From an uncultured Starkeya sp. (lineage in GTDB: Bacteria > Pseudomonadota > Alphaproteobacteria > Rhizobiales > Xanthobacteraceae), in contig CAZIXP010000001.1 in NCBI GenBank assembly GCA_964543245.1, positions 49,882-113,881 of the forward strand: a stretch of DNA of 64,000 nt, in the 5' to 3' direction. Under the pieces are notes generated by a model that was not told where the DNA came from, ran no database searches, and saw only the letters and a program-made list of their open reading frames with translations. Both the position numbers and the translations under genes were made by a program. This document shows positions 9,553 through 19,740 of this stretch, in pieces; positions within the stretch are counted from its first letter, which is position 1, and each line of letters begins with the position of its first letter.

Positions 9553-10716
9553 TCACGCCTTGAGCACGGCGCCCTCAGGCACGAGGCCGATCTCGACATA
9601 GCGCCACAGGGCGACGAGCAGCTTGCGGGCGAGCGCGACGATGGCGATGCGGCGCGGGCGGCCCTTCAGCGGGCCGACGCGCTCGCGGAACCACAGGCTC
9701 AGAGCGCTGTCGGGCTGATGGCGCAGCCACAGCCAGGCGAGCTCGATCATGGTGGTGCGGGCCTTGGCGTTGCCGGCCTTGGCGATGCCCTGGTCGCGGC
9801 TCAGGCCCCCGGAGCGGAACGGGCTGGCGTCGAGCCCGACATAGGCCCCGAGCTGGCGGCGGTTGTCGAAGCGGCGATAGAATACCTCGCCGGTCAGCAC
9901 CGTGGCGATCTCGCCGCCGACCGCCTTGAGCCGGGCCAGGGTCTGGATCTTGGCCGCCTCGGGGTGGCCTGTGGCCTTCGCCGCCGCGATGGCGTCGCGC
10001 TCGGCCTCGATCGCGGCGATCATCTCCAGGACCAGCTCGAGCCGCCTGATCTCGCGCGCGATCTCGGCCACGAGCCGCGGCGCCAGCGCCCGGCCGTCGC
10101 CGGTCACCAGCCCGGCGAGGCGGGCGTGGCGGTCGCGCTTGAGCGGCTCGTAGTCGTAGACGCCCTGGCACGCCAGCAACCCCTTGATGCGGTTGACGTG
10201 GCGCACCCGCTCGCCGACCAGCCGGTGGCGCTCGCGGTGCAGGCGGCGGGCGTCCTCCTCCGCAACGCTCGGCACCCGCACCACGCTCACCACCTTGGGC
10301 TCGCCGCGCAGATGGGCCAACAGCGCCCGCAGCAGGGCGCGGGCGTCGATCCGATCGGTCTTGGCCCGCCGCGCCCGCCGGTTCACCTCAACGCTCGCCG
10401 GATCGAACACGTGGCTCCTCACGCCCTCGGCCTCGAGCAACCGGTGCAGCCAGAAGCCGTCGTAACCCGCTTCGTAGCACGACACGATCGCAACCGGCCG
10501 CTTGAGCGCCGTCGCCACCTGCCGGCGCAACCGCGCCAGCAACTCCAGCAGCGCCGCCCCGTTGCCGGCCGGCAGCGGATAAAGGCTGATCTTGTCGCAA
10601 AGCGGCGTCAGAACCGCCACCAGCCAGCTCTTCTTGCTCAATTCGATTGCCACGGCGACCGGCGCCGGATCACAATGAGACGTGGCGGGCGAGAACGCTG
10701 TCGTGCGGATATCCAT
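9553..10716 (-). CDS. IS110 family transposase/recombinase
   Basis: RuvC-like motifs (AIELSK, CYEAG, KTDRIDA) and C-terminal Tnp domain (GAYVGLDASPFRSGG, AKAGN). Confidence 0.95.
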   Translation of the reverse strand: MDIRTTAFSPATSHCDPAPVAVAIELSKKSWLVAVLTPLCDKISLYPLPAGNGAALLELLARLRRQVATALKRPVAIVSCYEAGYDGFWLHRLLEAEGVRSHVFDPASVEVNRRARRAKTDRIDARALLRALLAHLRGEPKVVSVVRVPSVAEEDARRLHRERHRLVGERVRHVNRIKGLLACQGVYDYEPLKRDRHARLAGLVTGDGRALAPRLVAEIAREIRRLELVLEMIAAIEAERDAIAAAKATGHPEAAKIQTLARLKAVGGEIATVLTGEVFYRRFDNRRQLGAYVGLDASPFRSGGLSRDQGIAKAGNAKARTTMIELAWLWLRHQPDSALSLWFRERVGPLKGRPRRIAIVALARKLLVALWRYVEIGLVPEGAVLKA

Positions 10717-11875
10717 CAGTCTCTCCTATGGGCTGTCGGGTGAGGGAAACCGAAACGGTAGCACCTCGCCCGCCGCGCCCGCATAGGATCTTCACCCTTG
10801 TCGGCGCCGGTCTCTGGTCGCCCGCGCAAGTGACATCACGCAATGCCGATTTCGTGCCGCGCGGTGTGGACTGGATCGAAGAAGCCGTTGCCGAGTTCGA
10901 TCCGGACGCAAACGTCGTGGCGACGGCCTCGGGAAGGCGGATCGAGTACGACTTCCTGATGGTCGCGACGGGCCTCAAGCTCGACTATGCCGCCGTCGAG
11001 GGCATGGACGTCTCGCTGATCGGCCGCGAGGGCATCGCCTCGATCTATGCCGGCCCGCAGGAGGCTGCGGCTTCGGCTGCCGCGATCGACCGGTTCCTGG
11101 AGACCGGTGGTGTCGGTCTGTTCGGCCGCCCGGAGACGGAGATGAAATGCGCCGGCGCGCCGCTGAAGATCACCTTCATCACTGATGACAAGGCGCGCAG
11201 GCAGGGGAGACGAGATGCGGTTGAGCTCAAATACAATGCGCACAATCCGACCGTCTTCGCCGTGCCGACGGTCAACGACAAGGTGACGGAGATGTTCGCG
11301 GAGCGCGACATCGCGGTCAACTACGCTCATGTGCTCAAGGCGATCGATCCCGGCGGCAGGACTGCGACCTATGCGACCGAAGCCGGCGACGTCGTGCTCG
11401 ACTATGATTTCATCCATGTCGTTCCGCCCATGCGCGCGCCGGACGCGGTGCGGAACAGCCCATTGCCCTGGCAGGAAGGGGAATTCGCCGCTGATGGCTG
11501 GGTGGAGGCCGACAGGGCGACGCTGCGCCATCCCCGCTATCCGAACGTCTTCGCGATTGGCGACATAGCGGGCGTGCCGCGTGGCAAGACCGCCGCGAGT
11601 GTCAAATCGCAGGTTCCCGTGGTGGTGGAGAATCTCGTGGCCGAGACAGCAGGGCGCACGCCGCAGGCAACCTATAACGGCTACACCTCCTGCCCGATGG
11701 TGACCGGTTACGGCACGGCCATGCTGATCGAGTTCGACTATGACGGCACGCTCGTCCCATCCTTCCCCTTCATCGATCCTCTGGAGGAATTGTGGGTGTC
11801 GTGGCTCATCGAGGAAAAGGGCCTGCTCGGGGCCTATCGCGCCATGTTGCGTGGACGCGCTTGAGGAGGACCGTC

Positions 11876-12244
11876 ATGAGCGATTTCAATCCGGTCACCC
11901 TGTTCCACATCTTCTATGAAAGCGTTGGCCTATGGTTTTGGCCTTTGCTGTTTCTGGCCGCGCTCGCTCTATACGCCATCGTGTCCGGCCTGCGCATTCT
12001 GCGTGTCGCCGGCCGGCCTGCGACAAGGCCGCTGATCGCGATGGTGATGGTGGGCCTGGCGGCGGCGGTAGTCTTCACATTTCTGGTCCCACTCTGGACG
12101 CACGCCGATCCGGGAGCCCTCAGCGCGCCCGTCGACTACGTCTTCGCATTCCTGCTGGCGCTTGCGCCTGCGGCCGTAATCGCCTCGCTGGTGTTCTCCC
12201 TGGCGGCGCGTCGCTGCGCGGCAAAATCGGGAAGGCCTGCTTGA
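11876..12244 (+). CDS. DUF5368-like membrane protein, sqr partner
   Basis: MSDFNPVTLFHIFYESVGLWFW; three TM segments; directly follows sqr with an AGGAGG RBS. Confidence 0.7.
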   Translation: MSDFNPVTLFHIFYESVGLWFWPLLFLAALALYAIVSGLRILRVAGRPATRPLIAMVMVGLAAAVVFTFLVPLWTHADPGALSAPVDYVFAFLLALAPAAVIASLVFSLAARRCAAKSGRPA

Positions 12245-12252
12245 CCCGAAAT

Positions 12253-12718
12253 CTATCCGAAGGTTCCTTGGGAAGATACCGCACACCGCACGCTGTTCGG
12301 CCAACGCAGATACAGCTCTGCGACAATCACGTTGGGCACCCAGCACAACCAGGCGATAGCCTGGTAGGTGGTGGGGGACCAAAGTCCAGGATCTCGGTCG
12401 CCACGATGTATAGCCGCAGGGTCACCGCCGACAAGGTCACCGCCACGGAGCGGATGATCCATCGCCGGTGTCCTGCGTAGTCACGGTTCATAGCCAACCC
12501 GACGCCGATTGCGGTCGTTCCAAGCCAGGCAACGGCCAAGAGAGCGAACCCCCAAATGGCCACGATCCCTGCCTCCGTGGTGAGGGCCAACCAGAATCCA
12601 CTTAGCGCCGAGAACAGAATGATGATGGCATAGATGCGACCGAGCAGGCGGTGGATAGCCGGGCGACTCTTTCGCAAACCCTGCCAGAACTGAAAAGGCA
12701 CCAGGGCAAGCGGGCTCG
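12253..12718 (-). pseudogene. DUF2306-like membrane protein, 5'-truncated and frameshifted
   Basis: PAIHRLLGRIY, HRRWIIRS..TLSAVTLR; the C-terminal AWLCWVPN is in another frame. Confidence 0.7.
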
Positions 12719-12997
12719 ATGCCGCAATTCGTCCTGCTGCTGATGCTGGTGCTCTTCCCGCTCCAGATCCTCGCCGGCGGGCTCACCCCGGTCGAGAACA
12801 TGCCGGATGGCCTGCGCATGCTGATGTCGGCAGCACCCGACACGCATTTCGTGTCGCTGTCGCAGGCGATCCTGTTCCGTCGAGCAGGATTGGACGCGAT
12901 CTGGCCTCAATTCCCTGCGCTTGTCCTGATCGGCCTCGCCTTCTTCTCCTTCTCCCTCTCGCGTTTTCAAAAGTCGCTCAGGTATTCGAGAGTCTAG
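12719..12997 (+). pseudogene. 3' fragment of an ABC-2 permease (YhhJ-like)
   Basis: MPQFVLLLMLVLFPLQILAGGLTPVENMP...PDTHFVSLSQAILFR matches only the C-terminal part of such permeases. Confidence 0.7.
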
Positions 12998-15830
12998 GCT
13001 GAGCTGCAATCACGAGCTTGGCCAGTTCCCGCAGCCACAGGACCGAGCTCGCCGTCGCCACGCAGATCAGCCAGTCGGTACCGTCGAGGCTCACGGTCGA
13101 GAACGCCTGTTGCAGGAAGGGTAGATAGACCACCCCCGCCTGCAGGGCGAGCGACAGCGTGACCGCTACCCACAGCCATCGATTGGCGAACAGCCCGGAA
13201 AAGGCACTGCGCTCGTCTGAGCGGGCGTTGAAGACGTTGAAGAGCTGGAACAGCGTTAGCGTCGTGAAGCCCTTCGTTCGGGCATGATCGATCGTGCCCG
13301 TCCCCTCGATCAACCCGCCTGGCAGCGAGCCGTCGATAACGAGCAGCGTGCCTGCCGCCATGATGACGCCGACGAAGACGATCCCGGTCCACATGCGCCG
13401 CGTGATCACGCGTTCGCCGCGCCGGCGGGGCGGCTTTCCCATCGTGTCGGGATCGGCCGGGTCGAGGCCGAGCGCACGCGCGGGTGCGCCGTCGGTGACG
13501 AGGTTGATCCACAGGATCTGTGTGGCAAGCAACGGCAAAACGACGGCCCCCCCGTGCCCTGCGGCCAGCCCGATCAGGTCCGCCGCCAACACGCCGAAGA
13601 ACATGGTCATGACCTCGCCAATGTTCGACGACAAGAGATAGCGGAGGAATTTGCGGATGTTGGAAAAGATCGCCCGGCCTTCCTCCACAGCCGCGACGAT
13701 CGTAGCGAAATTGTCGTCCGCAAGCACGATGTCGGCAGCCTCCTTGGAGACGTCGGTCCCGGTGATGCCCATTGCGATCCCGATATCGGCGGCCTTCAGC
13801 GCCGGCGCGTCGTTGACCCCATCACCTGTCATCGCCACCGTGTCGCCTTGGCCGCGCATCGCTTCCACGATCCGGAGCTTGTGGACGGGGTCGACCCTTG
13901 CATAGACCGATACATCACCGACGATGCGCTCGAGTTCATGTTGCGGCATCCTTGCCAGTTCGGCACCCGAAAGCACACGTCCGCCCTCGCTGATTCCGAG
14001 CTCGCCAGCGATTACGGCGGCCGTCTTTGGATGATCACCGGTGATCATGACCGTCCGGATACCGGCCTGACGGGCCTTCGCGACCGCCTGTCGCGCCTCG
14101 TCGCGAGGCGGATCGATCATTCCCACAAGGCCGAGGAAGACGAGACCTTGCTCTATCTCCTCGCCGAACCCATTGGGATCACTTTCCTCGTCCGGCAGCG
14201 AGCGAAAGGCGACGCCCAGCGTGCGCATCGCCTCTCCCGCGAGCGCATCGTTCGCCCGCTGGATCTCGCCGCGCCGCTCCTGCGTCAGCGGTCTGGTCTT
14301 CTCGCCGACAAGCTCGTGCGAGCAATGTGCCAGCAGCACGTCGGGGGCGCCCTTGGTGAAGGCGCGCAGACCGCCGTCCCGGTCTGCGTCGCGGTGCACC
14401 GTACTCATCAGCTTGCGCTCCGACGAGAACGGAACTTCGCCCACCCGCGAGAAACGCGCGTCGAGAGCATCGGCTTCCAGTCCCGCCCTGCGGGCGGCGG
14501 CGATCAGGGCGCCTTCCGTTGGATCACCCTGAACCATCCAGCGACCGTCACGGTCCTGAAGGACCGCATTGTTGGCACGTTCGGCGGCGGCAAGCGCTCG
14601 TACCATCTCTGATCTCAGCACGGCCTGGGCCGGGTCGCTCAGGTTCGGTTCGACACGGCCCTCGGGCGAATAGCCCGTGCCGTCAAAACTGGCAAAGCCG
14701 CTCGCCGTGACGATCCGGCGCACGGACATCTCGTTGCGGGTGAGCGTGCCAGTCTTGTCGGAGGCAATGACCGTTGCCGAGCCCAGCGTCTCGACCGCGG
14801 CGAGATGCCGGACGATCGCCCGGCGCGCCGCCATCCGCTGGACGCCGATCGACAGCACCGCCGTGACGACGGCCGGCAGGCCTTCGGGCACGGCTGCGAC
14901 CGCCAGCGCCACGCCGAGGATCAGGACGTCGAATGCGCTGGTCAGGCTCGTCACGTCGGTCACCAGGAAGATGATGCCGATCATCGACGCTGCGATGGAA
15001 ACGACGATCGCGCCGAGCACTCGCCCAACCCGGTCGAGTTCCCGCTGCAGCGGCGTGCCCTTGTCGCGGGTCTGTTCGAGCATGCCGGCGATGCGGCCCA
15101 TCTCGGTCCGCATACCTGTGGCGGTAACCACAGCGACACCGTGGCCGCGCGCGACGGCTGTTCCGCTGAACAACATGTTGCCGCGATCGCCCAGAGCCGC
15201 GTCCGTCGCCGCGGTGTCGGCATGTTTGGCTACGGGGATACTCTCCCCGGTCAGCGCCGCCTCTGCAGCATGGAGAGCCGAGCTTTCGAGCACGCGGGCG
15301 TCGGCCGGAACCATGTTGCCCTCCTCGACGAGGATGACGTCGCCGGGCACGAGCAGATCCGCCGAGATACTGCGCCTTTCTCCGCCGCGCATGACGTTCG
15401 CTTGCGGCGCCGTCATGCCGCGCAAAGCCTCGGCCGCGGCCTCGGCGCGCGACTGCTGCACGTAGCCCATCACCGCGTTGAGGAACACGATGGAGAGAAT
15501 GACGATCGCTTCATAGGGGAGAACGGCGTCGCGCTCGTAGAGCCAGAGTCCACCGGAGATCAGAGCGGCGACGATGAGCAACAGGACCAGCGTGTCCGTA
15601 AACTGGCCGAGAAACCGCAACCAGGCCGGTCGTGGAGGCTTCGTATCGAGCCTGTTTCGTCCCCATCGATCGAGCCGTGCGACCGCTTCAGTCTCGGTCA
15701 GCCCCGCTGCGCCATCGGAGGCGAGGGCGGCAAGGACATGCTCAGCGGTTTGGCTATGCGCATCAATGACTTCGGGTGTTTGCTCGCCCAAATCACGGCC
15801 TCCGCGGTCGATCTCGCATGGGATGCTCAT
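12978..15830 (-). CDS. Cation-translocating P-type ATPase (P2A-like)
   Basis: [34 protein letters not shown] and INLVTDG motifs. Confidence 0.95.
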   Translation of the reverse strand: MSIPCEIDRGGRDLGEQTPEVIDAHSQTAEHVLAALASDGAAGLTETEAVARLDRWGRNRLDTKPPRPAWLRFLGQFTDTLVLLLIVAALISGGLWLYERDAVLPYEAIVILSIVFLNAVMGYVQQSRAEAAAEALRGMTAPQANVMRGGERRSISADLLVPGDVILVEEGNMVPADARVLESSALHAAEAALTGESIPVAKHADTAATDAALGDRGNMLFSGTAVARGHGVAVVTATGMRTEMGRIAGMLEQTRDKGTPLQRELDRVGRVLGAIVVSIAASMIGIIFLVTDVTSLTSAFDVLILGVALAVAAVPEGLPAVVTAVLSIGVQRMAARRAIVRHLAAVETLGSATVIASDKTGTLTRNEMSVRRIVTASGFASFDGTGYSPEGRVEPNLSDPAQAVLRSEMVRALAAAERANNAVLQDRDGRWMVQGDPTEGALIAAARRAGLEADALDARFSRVGEVPFSSERKLMSTVHRDADRDGGLRAFTKGAPDVLLAHCSHELVGEKTRPLTQERRGEIQRANDALAGEAMRTLGVAFRSLPDEESDPNGFGEEIEQGLVFLGLVGMIDPPRDEARQAVAKARQAGIRTVMITGDHPKTAAVIAGELGISEGGRVLSGAELARMPQHELERIVGDVSVYARVDPVHKLRIVEAMRGQGDTVAMTGDGVNDAPALKAADIGIAMGITGTDVSKEAADIVLADDNFATIVAAVEEGRAIFSNIRKFLRYLLSSNIGEVMTMFFGVLAADLIGLAAGHGGAVVLPLLATQILWINLVTDGAPARALGLDPADPDTMGKPPRRRGERVITRRMWTGIVFVGVIMAAGTLLVIDGSLPGGLIEGTGTIDHARTKGFTTLTLFQLFNVFNARSDERSAFSGLFANRWLWVAVTLSLALQAGVVYLPFLQQAFSTVSLDGTDWLICVATASSVLWLRELAKLVIAAQPRLSNT

Positions 15831-15910
15831 TCACGCGCGGCCATGAAATCGCGCGCATAGCTCATCCGGGTTCCAGGATGTGTAGCATCCTCATCCAACC
15901 ATTGTTTCAA

Positions 15911-15924
15911 TTGACGCAGCGCAG
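15911..15924. promoter_or_regulatory. Possible FixK/FNR-type box upstream of the P2A ATPase
   Basis: TTGACGCAGCGCAG, one mismatch to TTG(A/C)-N6-(T/G)CAA, ~80 bp from the start. Confidence 0.35.
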
Positions 15925-15996
15925 AGAAGAGACCGGGCCTTTAGCCATTACGGATCCATTGATAGGTACTGCACGCGATCGCAAAGCAGATCCAGG

Positions 15997-16401
15997 TTAC
16001 GCGCGGGCGATCGCCGCGGCGATTGCGTCTACGTCATGTCCAGTGAGATCCTTGGCGAGGGTCCCCGCCAGCCGCGCCGTCAGCACGTCGTGAAAATCGC
16101 GACGTATCTCGCCCAGCGTCCTCGGATCGGCAACCACGAACAGCGTCTCGATGGCGGCGCCGAGGGCCTGCCGGTTGAGAAAGGCGGCCGCAGCGGCGGC
16201 GAAATCGTCTTCACGAAGCCGTGCCTCGTCAGGATTGGCGGCGGCGTTTCTGTGACGTGTCCCCGATCCTCCGTTGGCAGCTTTGATGTCGTGATCGGAT
16301 AGCGCGGTCAGCTCGATGCGAGGCTCATGGCCCTTATTGTGGAACAGGCGCAGCTTTTCGCCGTCCACCACTGCGACCGTCGTTCCGTTTGGCAGGATCA
16401 T
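15997..16401 (-). CDS. Host attachment / baeRF12-family protein
   Basis: MILPNGTTVAVVDGEKLRLFHN...EDDFAA...LFVVADPRTLGEIR. Confidence 0.8.
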   Translation of the reverse strand: MILPNGTTVAVVDGEKLRLFHNKGHEPRIELTALSDHDIKAANGGSGTRHRNAAANPDEARLREDDFAAAAAAFLNRQALGAAIETLFVVADPRTLGEIRRDFHDVLTARLAGTLAKDLTGHDVDAIAAAIARA

Positions 16402-16489
16402 TTCTTTCCTCTTTCGTCTACTGGACAGGATAGCGGGTCCTAATGCCACGGGTTCGACAGACCGGGCCTCGGTGACAAATTGGTCATCA

Positions 16490-16503
16490 TTGACAGGTAT
16501 CAA
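16490..16503. promoter_or_regulatory. FNR/FixK-type box
   Basis: TTGAC-AGGT-ATCAA, ~90 bp upstream of the baeRF12 gene. Confidence 0.6.
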
Positions 16504-16515
16504 AGACACAATGTG

Positions 16516-18330
16516 TCATCGCAGCGCCCGGAGCGCGTTCAAGATGACCGCGACGTCGATGGCCTCCTGTAAGAAGGCGCCGGCTACCGGAGGGAGATAG
16601 CCGAACGCGGCGAAGATCATGGCAACGACCGAGAGCCCGAGGCCCACAGCGACGCTCTCCAGCGCAATGCGACGTGTCCGCCGGGCAACGCGTACCGCCA
16701 CGGCGAGCTTGTCGATACGGTCGACCAGCAGGACAACGTCGGCGCTTTCCGCGGAGGCCGCCGAGCCGCGGGCTCCCATGGCGACGCCCACGCCGGCGCT
16801 GGCCAGCGCCGGCGCGTCGTTTATGCCGTCGCCGACCATGAGGACCGGCGCCCGGGCCGCTTCCTGCGCCACGACCTGGACTTTTCTCTCCGGCGTCAGT
16901 TCTCCGTAGGCTGGTGCGACCGAAAGCTGGCCGGCGACGGCATCCACGACGTCCTGACGGTCACCGGACGCGATCACAATCCGATCGATCCCGGATTCCT
17001 TTAGCACCTCCAGCATGGCAGCGGCGTCGGGCCTGAGGTCGTCGGCGAGCACGATGATGCCAGCAAGCGCTCCATCCACCGCAACCGCGACGACTACACT
17101 TCCTTCAGGTAGGTCGGCGCGCAAAGAATAGGGATCACGATCTTCGACGAGCTCGTGGATGAAGCGACTGCCGCCGGCCGCGACAATTCGGCCTTCGACC
17201 GCGCCACGAATACCGGTGCCGCCGATTTCGCTCACCTCCGAAGGCGGCGACAAGGACAGGTGCCTGCGACGTGCCTCCTTCACCAACGCCTGCGCGATCA
17301 CATGGCCTGACGCTTGGTCGAGCGAGGCCGCCAGACGCAGCATTTCGTTGGCGTCCCAGCCCTCCACGGTTCTCATTGCGGTGATGCGCGCCTCGCCGAA
17401 GGTCAGCGTACCCGTCTTGTCGAGGATGGCGGTTCTGACCTTCGCTAGCATTTCGAGAGCGCCGCCGTCCTTGATGAGAACGCCCTCTCTCGCCGTACGG
17501 GACATGCCGGCTATGATGGCCACCGGCAATGCGAGGATCAGCGGACAGGGCGTCGCCACGACGAGCACCGCCAACGCCCGGATTCTGTCCTCTGTGATCC
17601 ACCATGCCGCACCTGCGATCAGGACAGTGAGGATCAGGAACCAGACTGCATAGCGGTCGGCGATGCGAACGCTCGGCGCCTTCCTTTCCTGCGCTTGCCG
17701 CACCAGACGGACAATGTTGGCGTATGTGCTGTCGGCGGCCGGCCGGACGGCGCGCAGATCGAACGGCGCGCCCGCATTGGCCGCGCCGCTCAACACTTCG
17801 TCGCCTTCGCCCAGCCGGGCGGGCAGGCTTTCTCCGGTCAGGGCGGACCGGTCGAGCATGGCCGTGTCGGAAAGCAGGACCCCGTCCACCGGCGCCACTT
17901 CACCCTGGCGCACGAGAACGCGATCGCCCGGCAGGAGCGCCTCGATCGGCACGGTCTCAAGCCTGCCGTCGACATAGCGGCTGGCTTCACGCGCGACGCG
18001 GCCCAGCAACGCCGCCATTTCGCGCCGTGCGCGTCCCTCGGCATAACCCTCGAGAAACTGACCGCCGGCATACATCAGCGCGACGATGTTGCCCGCCAGC
18101 GGCTCGCCAAAGGCGAGCGCCGCCGACATGGAAAGGGCGGCGACGAGGTCGAGTCCGACCTCGCCGCGACGCAGGCTAGTGACGATCTCGATGATCAGCC
18201 CGGCAAGGACGACTGCCGTTCCTGCCGACCATGCCCACCCCGCCCACGCGTCACCAACGACCCAGGCGATAGACCCGCCAACCAGGCCGGCTGTGGCGAC
18301 CGCGAGAAGAAAAGTGCGCGCAGACAGCAT
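16516..18330 (-). CDS. Heavy-metal P1B ATPase (P1B-5-like, no hemerythrin domain)
   Basis: TGES, ATPCPL, DKTGT, GDGINDAP and QEAIDVAVILNALR. Confidence 0.85.
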   Translation of the reverse strand: MLSARTFLLAVATAGLVGGSIAWVVGDAWAGWAWSAGTAVVLAGLIIEIVTSLRRGEVGLDLVAALSMSAALAFGEPLAGNIVALMYAGGQFLEGYAEGRARREMAALLGRVAREASRYVDGRLETVPIEALLPGDRVLVRQGEVAPVDGVLLSDTAMLDRSALTGESLPARLGEGDEVLSGAANAGAPFDLRAVRPAADSTYANIVRLVRQAQERKAPSVRIADRYAVWFLILTVLIAGAAWWITEDRIRALAVLVVATPCPLILALPVAIIAGMSRTAREGVLIKDGGALEMLAKVRTAILDKTGTLTFGEARITAMRTVEGWDANEMLRLAASLDQASGHVIAQALVKEARRRHLSLSPPSEVSEIGGTGIRGAVEGRIVAAGGSRFIHELVEDRDPYSLRADLPEGSVVVAVAVDGALAGIIVLADDLRPDAAAMLEVLKESGIDRIVIASGDRQDVVDAVAGQLSVAPAYGELTPERKVQVVAQEAARAPVLMVGDGINDAPALASAGVGVAMGARGSAASAESADVVLLVDRIDKLAVAVRVARRTRRIALESVAVGLGLSVVAMIFAAFGYLPPVAGAFLQEAIDVAVILNALRALR

Positions 18331-18490
18331 CTGTATCGCCTATAGCAACGTGTTCCGGTCGAACGTGAAGGAGGTTCAGAAAGTCTCGGTACCGTCTTTT
18401 GCAACGAGGTCGGAGGGTTGACCCGTCGGACCCCGCTGAATCGACCTATCTTGTCGCCTCGTTCCCCGCACTGCCGCGGCCGAGGGTTCG

Positions 18491-18594
18491 TCAGGCCGAG
18501 ACCGGCTGCCTCATGCTTTTCGCAGCACAACGACCCGCCGCAAGCATGACACGATCGTCCCGGCCGCGACAATCACCGGGTTGAAGTCAGCCAT
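18491..18594 (-). pseudogene. Internally deleted DUF5368 paralog
   Basis: Start MADFNPV joined out of frame to MLAAGRCAAKS; both ends match the 11876-12244 protein. Confidence 0.7.
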
Positions 18595-18606
18595 TGTCCT
18601 TGCTCC

Positions 18607-18926
18607 TCACGCACGTCCGTGCAGCATGGCGCGGTAGGCTCCCCTGAGTTCTTTTTCCTCGATCACCCAGGAGATCCAGCGTTCCTCGAGCGGTAGATGA
18701 AGGGGAAAGGAGGGGATCAAGGTGCCATCATAGTTGTACTCGATCAGCATCGCCTTGTGCAGGCGGTGACCATCGGGCAGGAGGTGTAGAGGTTATAGGT
18801 TGCTGTCGGATCGCCTCCGGCGGTCTCGGCAACCAGATTGTCCACGACCACCGTGACCTGCCATTTGACGCTCGCCGCAGTCTTGCCGCGGGGCACGCCG
18901 GCCACATCCCCGACAGCGAAGACGTT
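18607..18926 (-). pseudogene. sqr: 3' remnant of a second Tat-type sqr paralog (frameshifted)
   Basis: NVFAVGDVAGVPRGKTAASVK...YTSCPMVT, then shifted frame AMLIEYNYDGTLIPSF...GAYRAMLHGRA*; close to the 10791-11864 protein. Confidence 0.85.
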
Positions 18927-19571
18927 AGCGCCGGTGGCGATCACCACCCCGGTGCCCTGTCCGGCCGCCACCATCGTTCCCGAATAGGCCATGGAGGTGC
19001 GGTCGCCCAGCGCCGCGTCGGCCGTCGCCGGCCGTTCGGCCCTGGCGCTGGCGACGGATTCGCCGGTCAGGGCCGCCTCCTCGATGAGCAGGCCGCGTGC
19101 GCGCAGAAGCCGCAGGTCGGCCGGCACGCGGTCACCGGCCTCCAGCAGCACGACGTCGCCCGGCACGAACTCGGCGCCGGGCACGCTCTGGCGCTGTCCT
19201 GCCCGCAGGACATGCGCCCGCGGCGAGATCATCTTGTGGATCGCGGCGAGCGCGTCCTCGGCCTTGCCCTCCTGGACGAAGCCCACGATGGCGTTGATCA
19301 GCACCACGGCGACGATGACGCCGGCATCGACGAGGTGTCCGGGGACTCAGGCCGCGACCGCGCCCGCGAGCAGGAAATAGATCAGCGCGCTGTTGAACTG
19401 GGCCAGGAAACGAAAGACGGGATGGCGTCCGGCCGGCGGCGGCAGGGCATTCGGCCCGTGCTGGTGGAGGCGCTGCGCAGCCTCATGCGCCGACGGGCCG
19501 GAAGGGTCCGAGCCGAGCGCGGAGACCACCTCCTCTGCCGGCAGGGCATGCGATCGCTGCGTCATATCCAT
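18927..19571 (-). pseudogene. 5' fragment of a cation P-type ATPase with an internal stop, fused to the sqr remnant
   Basis: HGPNALP, FVQEGKAE, GDRVPADLRL and TGES; stop at 19347-19349; ends at VIATGA|NVFAVGD. Confidence 0.85.
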
Positions 19572-19740
19572 CGAAATGCGGTTTCTCTTTCGCGTTTTCG
19601 GCGGCAAGCGCGCGCAGCCTGCCCGTCGTCAGACACGATCTGCGGTCCGCACACCTTCAAACTCACCCTGGCACGCACGCAGGCGGCTGTCTCGATAGCC
19701 GACGATCGCCAGAGCCACGCCAGCCGATGATCCGGTCCGT

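Larger units (their letters stand above)
9301..10789 (-). mobile_element. IS110-family element with IS1111-type layout, flanked by a CTT core (9298-9300 and 10790-10792)
   Basis: Transposase with ~73 bp upstream and ~250 bp downstream non-coding ends; weak subterminal IRs; ends defined by reconstructing the sqr reading frame. Confidence 0.85.
9080..11864 (+). pseudogene. sqr: Tat-exported type II-like sulfide:quinone oxidoreductase interrupted by IS110 (coding parts 9080-9298 and 10791-11864)
   Basis: MKRRDFLL Tat signal, GAGAAG, HHFQPG|FTLVGAG split by the IS, KCAGAP and YTSCP cysteine motifs; removing the IS restores an in-frame 430-aa ORF. Confidence 0.85.

Noticed and set aside
9080-9601. 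173-aa ORF as a novel Tat protein
   Set aside because: It is the sqr 5' end reading through into IS non-coding DNA.
9520-10743. 407-aa plus-strand ORF inside the IS
   Set aside because: Antisense shadow of the transposase.
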